NCBI GenBank assembly: GCA_029571005.1
Contig: JAKPTG010000095.1
Coordinates: 1-56,250 of the forward strand
Direction of reading: 5' to 3'
Origin: Candidatus Fermentibacterota bacterium
Lineage (GTDB): Bacteria > Fermentibacterota > Fermentibacteria > Fermentibacterales > JCC-6
Length of the DNA: 56,250 nucleotides
Part shown: positions 46,380-55,711 of the stretch, piece by piece
Numbering within the stretch: position 1 is the stretch's first letter
Layout of the letters: each line of letters opens with the position of its first letter
Program-made: the position numbers and the translations under genes
Notes under the pieces: generated by a model
Told to the model about the DNA's origin: nothing
The model's input: only the letters and a program-made list of their open reading frames with translations
Databases searched by the model: none

Positions 46380-47428
46380 TCCGCGTACAGGTAGCGGAGC
46401 AGGGTTTCCATGGCGGCCGGCCCGATCCCCGGGACCGCATCCAGCTCTTCCACCCGCTCCACCGGACCGTTCTCCGACAGCCAGGAAAGAATGGCGGACG
46501 CCCGGGCGGGACCGATTCCCGGAATGGCCTCCAGTTCCCGGGCGACGGCGGTGTTGATGTTCACAGGGAAAACCACCGGAGGCTCTTCCTCCCGGGTTTG
46601 AGGCGGGGAGACCGGCCCGGGGTCGAAGGCCGGGGACCCCCACCCCGCTTCGGCCATGTGGGTTCCGGCAAGGTCCGGATGGGTTCCGTAGCCGTAACTC
46701 ACCGATACGCCTCCGGTCTCGAAACCCGCCGAAAAACCGAGACGGACGGGGCCGGTGAGGCACCCCGCCCCCAGCACCAGCCCCGGCGCCGGGGAGAATG
46801 CGGCGCAGAAACCGAACTCGGCGCCGGAGTACCTGTGAAAAACCGCCGCGCCGGAGACGTGAAAACCCCTCAGAGGTACGACTCCGGCGCTCAGAAACAC
46901 CGCCCTGGGCACCGCCGGGGCCCCGGCGAGTTCCGAGGACAGCGCCCCCCGGCACCCGCCTCCCGCATAAACGCCCTCCACCGGACGACAAACCGCCCCG
47001 ACATCCAGCCCCAGGGCGGTTTTCGCCCCGTAACCGTCAATGGACAACCGCCTTCCCGACAGGGAAACACCTCCGACGATTCCCCGGGCGAGCCGGAAGG
47101 CCCCCGCGGCGGCTGCGGTAAACTCGGAGTACCCCCCGTGGGAGGTTCCCGCCAGCATCGCCCCGATACCGGCTCCCGAAACGAAGGTGTTGCCCGCCAG
47201 GGACACCCGTTGCAGCTCCCTGAGACCGAAGGGCCTGGAAGCCGTGACGCATACGCCTCGACCGTCGAGCATGGCGGGGGCGGCGGGGTTCAGGGAAAGG
47301 GCGGCGGCGCTCCTGGGAAACAGGGCTCCGGCGAAGCCGTGAAGCCAAGGGGACTCGGCCACGGGTTCGAAGGCGCCCGGTAATTCCGCCGCCAGCAGAA
47401 GCGGCACAAGGAACGAATACCTGCCCAT
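46376..47428 (-). CDS. PorV-like beta-barrel fused to C-terminal ComEA helix-hairpin-helix DNA-binding domain
   Basis: ALSLNPAA, RPFGLREL, GLDVGA, YGYGTHPDLAGTH barrel motifs; Pro-rich linker; VNINTAVARELEAIPGIGPARA..I...GP...VEELDAVPGIG (HHH_3). Confidence 0.85.
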   Translation of the reverse strand: MGRYSFLVPLLLAAELPGAFEPVAESPWLHGFAGALFPRSAAALSLNPAAPAMLDGRGVCVTASRPFGLRELQRVSLAGNTFVSGAGIGAMLAGTSHGGYSEFTAAAAGAFRLARGIVGGVSLSGRRLSIDGYGAKTALGLDVGAVCRPVEGVYAGGGCRGALSSELAGAPAVPRAVFLSAGVVPLRGFHVSGAAVFHRYSGAEFGFCAAFSPAPGLVLGAGCLTGPVRLGFSAGFETGGVSVSYGYGTHPDLAGTHMAEAGWGSPAFDPGPVSPPQTREEEPPVVFPVNINTAVARELEAIPGIGPARASAILSWLSENGPVERVEELDAVPGIGPAAMETLLRYLYAE

Positions 47429-47537
47429 ACTCACCGGTACGGTCCGGAATCGGGATTTTTCAAGGAGGAGGATTGACCGGGTACGTCCGGGATGTAATGA
47501 TTTACTCCTGAAAAACCGGGAACTGGAGGTGTCTTCC

Positions 47538-48452
47538 GTGAGAAGTTGTTTCGTCCTTGTGATGTTCTTCTTCGTCTTTACCGCCATGGGCGGTGGGGTT
47601 CCGTGGTCCCGGTACAGCATCATAGACTCACCCACTGCGCACACGCTTCACCATACCCAGATCTGCGCCGGAGCCGGCTTCGCCGTCTATTCCGTGGAGG
47701 ATTCCTCCGGAACCGCCGCCACCGAGTTTTCCCTCGGAACCTTCCTGGAGGCCGGCATCTTCAACCGGGCCCAGATAGGGGCCACCTACATCAGCAAGGG
47801 CGGCATCAGCGGCACCGCCAGGGTCATGCTTATGCGGGAGACCATCAGGAGCCCGGGTATCGCCTTCGGCTGCGAGAACATCACCGGCGAGAAAAACTAC
47901 GAGGCCTACACCCGCAACGACAGCCTGTACGACTACGGGCGGAGCCAGAACTTCTCGATATACGGCGTAGTCACCAAGGACTTCAGTTACCTCCTGAGCC
48001 TCCCGGTCTGCGTCAGCCTCGGTTTCGGCACAGGCCGGTTCGTCCAGGAGAGCGGCTCCGGGGACGCCGGGGAGAACCCGATTCCCGGCCTGTTCGGAAG
48101 CCTCATGTTCCGTCCCTCCAGGGCCTCGGAGGTGGTGGTGGAGTGGGACGGGCGGGACCTGAACATAGGCGCCACCTACGGAATAGCCTCCGGTGTCTTC
48201 CTTCAGCTGGCCCTCGCGGAGGTGGAGCAGCACTTCCGTTCGGACGACGTACGGGACCCCACCGATCCCGGCCAGGCGCCCAAGGTGGTCCTCGCGGTGA
48301 ATGCAACCCTGGGCCCGCTGTTCCAGCGCACCGAACTCAACCCCCGGGAAAGGCTTCGCTTCACCGGAAACGACGAAGCCCTGGAAGCCATACGCAGGGA
48401 ACGGGAGGAAGCCCGCCGCCGGATCGAGGAGTTGGAGCGCTCCATTCGCTGA
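47538..48452 (+). CDS. YjbH-like outer-membrane protein with C-terminal coiled coil
   Basis: GGAGG RBS, GTG 47538; signal peptide, IIDSPTAHTL, PGIAFGCENI, SIYGVVTK, GFGTGRF, VEWDG..LNIG; tail EALEAIRREREEARRRIEELE. Confidence 0.7.
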   Translation: MRSCFVLVMFFFVFTAMGGGVPWSRYSIIDSPTAHTLHHTQICAGAGFAVYSVEDSSGTAATEFSLGTFLEAGIFNRAQIGATYISKGGISGTARVMLMRETIRSPGIAFGCENITGEKNYEAYTRNDSLYDYGRSQNFSIYGVVTKDFSYLLSLPVCVSLGFGTGRFVQESGSGDAGENPIPGLFGSLMFRPSRASEVVVEWDGRDLNIGATYGIASGVFLQLALAEVEQHFRSDDVRDPTDPGQAPKVVLAVNATLGPLFQRTELNPRERLRFTGNDEALEAIRREREEARRRIEELERSIR

Positions 48453-48551
48453 GCCTTTGCCTCTTTCGTCTTGACAATGCGCCATTTCGGCGCAATGCTA
48501 TTGCATCGAATGGTTTACGAGTAGTCATTAATTAGCCGTTAATATGGAGGC

Positions 48552-50027
48552 ATGGCACTACTAGGAACATTAGACTTCGAGCGCGTAATTAAACGCATGC
48601 GGCTAACGCCCCTGGCCATCGAAGTTCTGAAACGGCGCTTCCCGGGTGAGTCCGATCCGGTGAAGAAGTGGCTGCCGGGAAAGCCCCGGTGGGAAAAAGC
48701 GCTTACGGGTTTGGATGTCCTATCCGAGGAACTCCGGTCCCTGAGAAAACGCAGGGGCAAGGTGGTGCTCTACGGGCACGACGACATGGACGGGATCACG
48801 GGGCTGTTCGTAGGCCTGAGGGTCCTGCGCAACGAGGGTTTCACCGTGGTTCCCATCATTCCCCGCCGGGAGATAGAAACCTACGGCATCCGTCCCGGCA
48901 GGCTGCAAGGCGTTCTGGAGCCCGGTGACCTTCTTCTCACGGTGGACTGCGGCTGCAGCGCCCTGGAGGGGGTGGCCTGGGCCCGGCGGAACGGTTCCAG
49001 GGTGGTCATCACCGACCATCACATGCTCAACCCTCCTCTGCCCGAGGCTCACGCCATCATCGACCCCCAGCCCTTAGGTCCTCCGGCGGCGGACCTGGCG
49101 GGCTGCGGCGTACTCTACGCCGCCCTGACCTCCATCTTCCCGGCCTACGAGAATGATCCGCAACTCCTGGCGGCGACGGCACTGGGCACCGTAAGCGACA
49201 GGGTCCCCCTCTCCGAATGGAACAGATACCTCCTGCACTGCTTCAGCACGATAAAGCTGGAGCGCCTGACCGAAGGCCTCAAGCTGCTGATGGAGGAGTG
49301 GCCTTGCCGAAAGGGCGCGTGGACCGGCGCCATGGTCCGCTCCCACATAACCAGCACCATCGGGAAGGGGTGCAATTCGGGCATCTCGAACATGCTGGAC
49401 TTCCTGTTCAGCTTTGATCGGCACTGGTGCAGGGCTTTCTGGGAGCAGATGCTCAAAAACAGCGAGGAGCGGGGACAGGTTCTGAGCGAGCTGACGGGCA
49501 GGGCCATGAACATGAAGGATCCCGAGGCCGACGCCTTCGGCATGACTCTGGTATTCATGGACAGTATCCCCCAGGGGATGGGGGGCACCCTGGCCAGCAG
49601 GCTCTGCCGGATTCACCGCCGGGGAACCATCGTGGTCTCCAGGCGGGAGGACGGGGTGCTGGTGGGCGACACCAGGTCGGTGGGGGACTGGAACATGGCG
49701 GGATTCCTCGTCAGTATGAAAGACGTGTTCTCAAGCGCCGGAGGACATTACCGGGCGGCGGGCTTCAGTTACGAGAGCCCGGACTGGAACGCTCTGAGGG
49801 AAATCCTGCTCAGCAACATGGCGGAGTACCCGACCCACCCGGTTCCCCGGCCTCACATAGATCTGCATCTGGAGGAACTGCCGGATCCCAGGGTCTTCAC
49901 CTGCCTGGCGCCCTTCGGCCCCGGCTTTCTGCCGGTGGCGGTGAAGATCGGCGGCATGCGATACCTTCTTCAGATCCACCCCAACTGCCAGAGCAACTGG
50001 TGCATCACCGAGGACAGCGGGGAATAA
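48552..50027 (+). CDS. RecJ-like DHH/DHHA1 phosphoesterase
   Basis: YGHDDMDG, YGI, TVDCG, ITDHH, LAGCGV, ALGTVSDRVPL, GGHYRAAG, LAPFG. Confidence 0.85.
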   Translation: MALLGTLDFERVIKRMRLTPLAIEVLKRRFPGESDPVKKWLPGKPRWEKALTGLDVLSEELRSLRKRRGKVVLYGHDDMDGITGLFVGLRVLRNEGFTVVPIIPRREIETYGIRPGRLQGVLEPGDLLLTVDCGCSALEGVAWARRNGSRVVITDHHMLNPPLPEAHAIIDPQPLGPPAADLAGCGVLYAALTSIFPAYENDPQLLAATALGTVSDRVPLSEWNRYLLHCFSTIKLERLTEGLKLLMEEWPCRKGAWTGAMVRSHITSTIGKGCNSGISNMLDFLFSFDRHWCRAFWEQMLKNSEERGQVLSELTGRAMNMKDPEADAFGMTLVFMDSIPQGMGGTLASRLCRIHRRGTIVVSRREDGVLVGDTRSVGDWNMAGFLVSMKDVFSSAGGHYRAAGFSYESPDWNALREILLSNMAEYPTHPVPRPHIDLHLEELPDPRVFTCLAPFGPGFLPVAVKIGGMRYLLQIHPNCQSNWCITEDSGE

Positions 50028-50099
50028 CCCGGCCACCGGAACAGTCCCCGGCGACACGCCTGTTCCCCGCCTCCGACGATGCGGGAAGATGGTATCGGG

Positions 50100-50480
50100 T
50101 CAACGCCCGCCCGTCTCCAGATGCACCTCGTTGCTCCAGCTGGTCAGATGAAAGTCGTTCTCCGTCTCCAGAGCATAGTACCAGCGGCCCGGCGGCAGCC
50201 CGGGGTCGGTGTGTTCCAGACGGTTCCTTTCGCCGGTTTCCATCAGCAGGGTCGCCCTGTCCGGGTTGCGTTGAACTCCCGGGGAATCCGCCCTGTAGAG
50301 CCGGTACCTCAGAAAGTTGTCGTCAGGGCACTGGGTCCAGCGGAGCACCGCCGAGTTCCCCCCGTCGATCCTTCCGGTCAGAGCCGAGTTCCCCGGTGGA
50401 AGGGGAGGTTCCGTGGGGTTTCCCTGACGACACGACACCGTCGCCGCCAGCAACACCCCCAGAAGCAGCATTCTTCTCAT
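50100..50480 (-). CDS. Small lipoprotein with FN3-like domain
   Basis: Lipobox ATVSC; AVLRWTQC...FLRYRLYR...WYYALE...SWSNEV. Confidence 0.78.
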   Translation of the reverse strand: MRRMLLLGVLLAATVSCRQGNPTEPPLPPGNSALTGRIDGGNSAVLRWTQCPDDNFLRYRLYRADSPGVQRNPDRATLLMETGERNRLEHTDPGLPPGRWYYALETENDFHLTSWSNEVHLETGGR

Positions 50481-50507
50481 GCATCCGACCTTCCGCTCAG
50501 GGTAGGG

Positions 50508-51524
50508 TTATTCCGTGATGTCTTCCAGATTCCTGGGCTCCAGCTTAAAGTTACCGAAGGAGTACCAGACCACCCCGACCATGGAGGCGAACTTCTGCCC
50601 CTGGCTCACGGTGAAACCGTATATGCCCAGATCGTCAACCACGCACGCTCCGGAGCCGTCGTCCACGGCGAATTCGCCGTATCCCAGGTCCGGGTTCGTC
50701 ACCTCCACGTCGTTTAGTCTGCAGAGTACCCCTTCCCACTTCTCCTGGGAGAGGTCTCCGGTGGTTATGGACCGGGGTTGAGGCACCGAATGCCCGGGGC
50801 TCCTCACAAGCACCTCCGGATTGGTGAGTTCGGTCAGCCCGTAGTACTCCTGCACCTTCCCGTGAATCACCACGCTGTCACCCCGGGTCAGGTCATCGAG
50901 AACGCCGTCATACCCGAAGATCACCAGCCCGCTCCATTCCCCGCCCCCCTGATCCTGAATCACCGCGTACTGAGAGCTGCCGGAGGAGTAATACTCTTTG
51001 GAGCCCACGGTAACTATCCCGGTCACGCTCACCATCATGCCCTCATACGGGGAACTCCCGGCCTGCCCCTGCACCTGGTAGCAGGTGAGAATTTCTCCGC
51101 CGCCGCCACCACCGCCACCGCCGCCGCTTCCGGAATCCGGCACTGACGCGGGCACTTCGTTGCTCCAGGCAACCAGGGAGCCGGTGTTCGTGGTTCTCAC
51201 CGCGTAAAACCAGCCGGAACCCCAGGGAAGGCCCTGGTCAACCGCTTCGGTGGTGCCGGAGTTGCTGATGACCGCCACTATCGTAGCTCCGGACGGGTTC
51301 TGGGCTATACCGGGGACAGCGGATCTGAACACGGTGTAGTCGGCGAAGTCGGGATTCTGGCACGCACTCCATGAAAGGGTGACGTCGTTCCCGTTCACCG
51401 ATGCCCACAGGACGGACGGCGTCGGGGGAAGGCCGGTCCCGGCGGGATTGGTTTCATCATCACCGCAGGCGAACAACGCCAGAATCGCCGCGGACAGCAA
51501 CAACAAGAGAGTTTTCTTTCTCAC
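50508..51524 (-). CDS. Lipoprotein: FN3-like domain, poly-Gly linker, two OB-fold-like domains (YhcR-type)
   Basis: GGAGG RBS, GTG 51524, lipobox LFAC; VQG...SPYEG.MVSVTGIVT, IQD, RGDSV.I.GKVQEYYGLTEL, EKWEGVL, FKLEPR. Confidence 0.82.
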   Translation of the reverse strand: MRKKTLLLLLSAAILALFACGDDETNPAGTGLPPTPSVLWASVNGNDVTLSWSACQNPDFADYTVFRSAVPGIAQNPSGATIVAVISNSGTTEAVDQGLPWGSGWFYAVRTTNTGSLVAWSNEVPASVPDSGSGGGGGGGGGGEILTCYQVQGQAGSSPYEGMMVSVTGIVTVGSKEYYSSGSSQYAVIQDQGGGEWSGLVIFGYDGVLDDLTRGDSVVIHGKVQEYYGLTELTNPEVLVRSPGHSVPQPRSITTGDLSQEKWEGVLCRLNDVEVTNPDLGYGEFAVDDGSGACVVDDLGIYGFTVSQGQKFASMVGVVWYSFGNFKLEPRNLEDITE

Positions 51525-51525
51525 G

Positions 51526-52233
51526 TCAGTTCCTCCAAGCAACAGGGAATTCAACAGGTATGAGCCGGTACCTGAGATTGGGCCCCTCGAAGCCCGGCTG
51601 TATCACGTTCAACACCACCAGAAGGGCCCCTTTGTGAAGCCGGATCACCTTGGCTATCCTGTAGCCGAAACTCTGCCGATACTCCTCCGGCGCCTCCCGC
51701 TCCTGGAAAACCAAAGCGCTGGACCTGCCGTCGTACATCACCAGCTTGATCAGCACCGGGTCCGGAAACCAGTCCGCGATGCGGTCCGTGACCGTAGTCG
51801 GCTCCTGCTCCAGCACCATGGTGTAGGTCACTCCGGGATACCATGTGCCGTAGGACTCCAGGGAGAACACCACTGTGTCCGGCGGGACTCCCGCGTCGGT
51901 GAGCCTGTGGTCCACCAGCACCTGACCGCCGTTTTCCATGGTTATCCTAAACCTCCGCAGGTCGGTCGCCGCCAGGGAGAGGACGCTGTCCTGGGCCGCA
52001 ATCGAGTGGATCATTTCGTCGTGCAGCACCACGCCGTACTTCTCCAGCACCCTGTAGGGAGAGGTAGTAAGAATCTCCACCTCCGCCCAGGGAAACCCGC
52101 TTCCGTCATAGACGCCGTAGGACATCCAGGCCGCGTGTGAACCCCCGGGGGAAGCCCCAAGGTAGCGAAAAGACGCCGAATCCATTGCCGCAGAAACCGC
52201 CGCGGCCGCCGCCAGAACAAGAACAGCACGCAT
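51526..52233 (-). CDS. DUF2259-like secreted protein
   Basis: Signal peptide; LGASPGG...SYGVYDGSGFPWAEV, SFGYRI, GFEGPNLRY. Confidence 0.75.
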   Translation of the reverse strand: MRAVLVLAAAAAVSAAMDSASFRYLGASPGGSHAAWMSYGVYDGSGFPWAEVEILTTSPYRVLEKYGVVLHDEMIHSIAAQDSVLSLAATDLRRFRITMENGGQVLVDHRLTDAGVPPDTVVFSLESYGTWYPGVTYTMVLEQEPTTVTDRIADWFPDPVLIKLVMYDGRSSALVFQEREAPEEYRQSFGYRIAKVIRLHKGALLVVLNVIQPGFEGPNLRYRLIPVEFPVAWRN

Positions 52234-52475
52234 CCGTCCCTCCCGATTTTGTCCCTTCCGGACTATATAATATGATAATGCAACACAGCCGCGGTGGCGA
52301 GAAAGGGGTGGGGTGGCGGTTACCCCCCGGGCCGTGGGGTAATCCGGTACGGTGCAGTGGCGGCGCCGGGGAAGGCGGGAATTCATGACCCTCCATTTGA
52401 ACGTAACCCCGATCCCGCCCCGCATCCGGGACCGGCGGCCACCTTGAGAACGATGCGGAAGAGCGAGGTACTGAG

Positions 52476-53288
52476 GTGAGCCTTTCACTGGGTATTCCGG
52501 TTTTTCTGATGGCTTTTCTCTGCGAGTTCATAGACAGCACCCTGGGCATGGGATACGGAACCACCTTGACTCCCGTGCTCCTGCTGATCGGCTTCTCTCC
52601 GGTGCAGATAGTCCCGGCGGTTCTCATGTCGGAACTGGCCACCGGCGCTCTGGCGGCCTTCATGCACCACCGGGCCGGAAACGCGTTCTTCGACTTCCGG
52701 AATACCCCGGAGCACCGGATAGTTCGAAAAATGGGAAAACTCGGCTACATCCCCAGGTCGCCGGATGCGAGAATCGCCATAGTGCTCGGGCTCTGCAGTC
52801 TCATCGGAGCCGTGGGGGCCACCCTCCTGGCGGTTTCCATCTCGACATTCCACCTGAAGCTGGTCATCGGAATCATAGTGACCCTGATGGGAATACTGAT
52901 ACTCCTCCGGCGCAAAGACACTCCCGTATTCAGTTGGAAGAGGATAACAGCCCTCGGAATCGCCGCCGCCTTCAACAAGGGATTGTCCGGAGGCGGCTAC
53001 GGCCCCCTGGTGACCGGCGGACAGATACTCAGCGGTGTCGGGGCCAAGAGCGCCGTGGCCATCACCAGCCTGGCGGAAAGCTTTACATGCCTGGTGGGGG
53101 TGCTTGCCTACCTGGCCACGGGCACCGGGATAGACTGGGCCATGGCCCCGGTCCTGATACTCGGCGCATTGTGCAGCGTACCCTTCAGCACCATGGCGGT
53201 GAAAAGGATGAACCTTCGGCGCTTTACCCTGGTGGTGGGTGCCGGAACCCTGATCCTGGGCCTGTTCACCCTCTACAACCTGCTCTAA
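52476..53288 (+). CDS. Sulfite exporter TauE/SafE family membrane protein
   Basis: EFIDSTLGMGYGTTLTP, NKGLSGGGYGP, AITSLAE; about 8 hydrophobic helices. Confidence 0.9.
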   Translation: MSLSLGIPVFLMAFLCEFIDSTLGMGYGTTLTPVLLLIGFSPVQIVPAVLMSELATGALAAFMHHRAGNAFFDFRNTPEHRIVRKMGKLGYIPRSPDARIAIVLGLCSLIGAVGATLLAVSISTFHLKLVIGIIVTLMGILILLRRKDTPVFSWKRITALGIAAAFNKGLSGGGYGPLVTGGQILSGVGAKSAVAITSLAESFTCLVGVLAYLATGTGIDWAMAPVLILGALCSVPFSTMAVKRMNLRRFTLVVGAGTLILGLFTLYNLL

Positions 53289-55699
53289 GGGGCGCAGGCC
53301 TCCGGTACGACCGTCACCGACCATTCCCGGGATTCGCTCCAGACTATCCTTTGCGCCCTGGTCACCGCAAGGAGGTCGGCCTCGAAGGGCCTCACACTCT
53401 TCAGCTCCTCTCCGGGGCACGCCACCGTGATCACTCCGAGGGGCGCCGCCATGGACAGGTTGTTCTCGCTTTTGAAGCGCCTGGCCTCCTCGACTACCCT
53501 CAGGGCGGCCTCGCCGGATTTCAGGGCGTCCGGATCGGCGGCGTCGCAGGTCGGCCACGGCGCCACATGGATACTGGGGTAGCCCTCCCGTTCCCGGAAA
53601 ACCAGGTTGTAAAGCTCGTCGCTGATGTGCACCATCACCGGGGCGAACAGCCTGAGCACCCCGTAAAGCGCCCGGTAGAGAACGTACTGAGCCGCCCGGC
53701 ACGCTTCCGGGTCCGTACCGTACAGACGGGACTTGGATATCTCAAGATAGTTGTCGCACAATGCCTTCCAGAAAAACGTCTCCGTCTCGCCAACGCAGGC
53801 GGAGTACTCGTACTCGTCCATTGCCGACGTGGCCACGGCCACGGTCTCCGACAGCCTCGCCAGTATCCAGCGGTCGAAGGGGTGAAGGGCCGGCGGTTCC
53901 CCCGGGACAAAGCCCTCCAGGTGGCCGGCGGCGAACCGGGCGGCGTTCCACAGCTTCGTCACAAGCCGTCTGCCCTCACCCAGCACTTCCTCGCTGAAGA
54001 CCACGTCGGTGCCCAGACGGCTGGAACAGGCCCAGTACCGGAGTTCGTCGGCGCTGTAAACCTCCAGGGCCGCCAAGGGGTCCCCCGCCACGTTGCCCTT
54101 GCTCTTGGACATCTTCTCGCGGCTTGGGTTCAGGGCGTGGCCCGAGATCATCACTGTGCTCCAGGGAATCGTCTCCTGGTGGAGGTGCGCCTTGACTATG
54201 GTGTAGAAGGCCCAGGTGCGGATGATATCGTGGGCCTGGGGCCTGAGGCTCATGGGAAGTTCCAGCTCCCGCTGATCGGGCTCGCCCCATTTGACGTTGA
54301 TCTGGGGCGTGAGGCTGCTCGTGGCCCAGGTATCCATCACATCGGCCTCGGGAAGGAAGCTGGTGCAGCCGCAGTCGGGACATGCCCCCTCCGGAGAATC
54401 CGTCAGCGGGTCCACGGGAAGCCGGGCCTCCGAGGCGTAAACCGTGCCGCCGCATTCGGCGCAGTACCAGAGGGGAAAGGGAACCCCGAAGTACCGCTGC
54501 CTGGAAATACACCAGTCCCACTTTAGGTTCTCGACCCAGTGGTCGTAGCGGATCCGGAAGTGGGCGGGTTTCCAGTCTATGCTCCGCCCACGGGCCAGGA
54601 GTTCCTCCTTGATGTCCAGCACCCGGATGAACCACTGCTTGTTGACCAGATACTCCAGCGGGGTGCCGCACCGTTCATGGGTGTTCACCGTGTGGACGAT
54701 TTCCCGCCCCCCCCGGGCGAAACCCTCCTCCCGCAGCCTGTCCACCAGCACCTGCCTGGCCTTCCTCCAGAACATCCCCGCCAGAAAGCCGGCCTTTTCG
54801 TTCATGTGCCCACGGCTGTCCAGGACTATCCTCAGCTCTAGATCATAGTCCTGCCACCACTGGATGTCGGTGGTGTCACCGAAAGTGCAGCACATCACGG
54901 CCCCGGAGCCCTTCTCCATGTCAACCGCCGGGTCGGTGCGGACCACGACCTCCCGATCGAAGAGGGGAACCCTCACCCGGGCGCCCTTCAAACCGCTGAA
55001 CCGTGGATCCTCCGGGTTCACGAACACCCCGACGCAGGCCGGGAGGAGTTCCGGTCGGGTGGTGGCGATGGGAATGCTCCCGGAACCGTCCGACAGGGGG
55101 AACCGGAGGTCATGGAAGAAGCCCTGGAACTCCCGGTCCTCGGTCTCCGCCTGGGCCACGGCGGTGCCGCACTCGGGGCACCAGAGGGTGGGGGACTCCC
55201 TGCGGTAAACCCGATTCCTGCGCACCAGGTCCAGAAACGAACGCTGGCTTATCCTCTGCACCCACGGGTCTATTGTGGTGTAGAGAAGACTCCAGTCGCA
55301 GCTGAAGCCGAAGCGGGTCCAGAGGTCCTTGAACTGCTCCTCCGCCTGGGCCGTGACCTCCAGGCAGAGCTTAACGAACTCCGCCCGAGGCATCTCCGCG
55401 GCCTTCACCCCCTTTACCTTCTCCGTGAACCTCTCGCTCGGCAGACCGTTGTCGTCGAAACAGAACGGGTAGAAGACCCGGTAACCCCTCATCCTGCGGT
55501 ATCTGGCGATCACCTCCGCCTGAACGTAGCTGAAGACATGCCCCATGTGGATCATGCCGCTGACCGTCGGGGGCGGCGTGTCTATGGAGAACACCGGCTC
55601 CCGCCCCTTGGGGTCGTACCGGAATATCCCCGACTCCGCCCAGGACTTCTGAAGCCGAGCTTCCGCCTCCCGCGGATCGTACCTCTTAGGCATGGACAA
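53285..55699 (-). CDS. valS: Valine--tRNA ligase (short, archaeal-like type 2)
   Basis: FSIDTPPPTVSG.IHMGH, DDNGLP, ATTRPE, DWCISRQR, DTWATSS, RPQAHDIIRTW, KMSKSKGN. Confidence 0.96.
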   Translation of the reverse strand: MSMPKRYDPREAEARLQKSWAESGIFRYDPKGREPVFSIDTPPPTVSGMIHMGHVFSYVQAEVIARYRRMRGYRVFYPFCFDDNGLPSERFTEKVKGVKAAEMPRAEFVKLCLEVTAQAEEQFKDLWTRFGFSCDWSLLYTTIDPWVQRISQRSFLDLVRRNRVYRRESPTLWCPECGTAVAQAETEDREFQGFFHDLRFPLSDGSGSIPIATTRPELLPACVGVFVNPEDPRFSGLKGARVRVPLFDREVVVRTDPAVDMEKGSGAVMCCTFGDTTDIQWWQDYDLELRIVLDSRGHMNEKAGFLAGMFWRKARQVLVDRLREEGFARGGREIVHTVNTHERCGTPLEYLVNKQWFIRVLDIKEELLARGRSIDWKPAHFRIRYDHWVENLKWDWCISRQRYFGVPFPLWYCAECGGTVYASEARLPVDPLTDSPEGACPDCGCTSFLPEADVMDTWATSSLTPQINVKWGEPDQRELELPMSLRPQAHDIIRTWAFYTIVKAHLHQETIPWSTVMISGHALNPSREKMSKSKGNVAGDPLAALEVYSADELRYWACSSRLGTDVVFSEEVLGEGRRLVTKLWNAARFAAGHLEGFVPGEPPALHPFDRWILARLSETVAVATSAMDEYEYSACVGETETFFWKALCDNYLEISKSRLYGTDPEACRAAQYVLYRALYGVLRLFAPVMVHISDELYNLVFREREGYPSIHVAPWPTCDAADPDALKSGEAALRVVEEARRFKSENNLSMAAPLGVITVACPGEELKSVRPFEADLLAVTRAQRIVWSESREWSVTVVPEACAP

Positions 55700-55711
55700 C
55701 GGGGAGACCTC

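Noticed and set aside
51095-51127. GGC/GGT trinucleotide run
   Set aside because: Encodes an ordinary poly-Gly linker with mixed codons.
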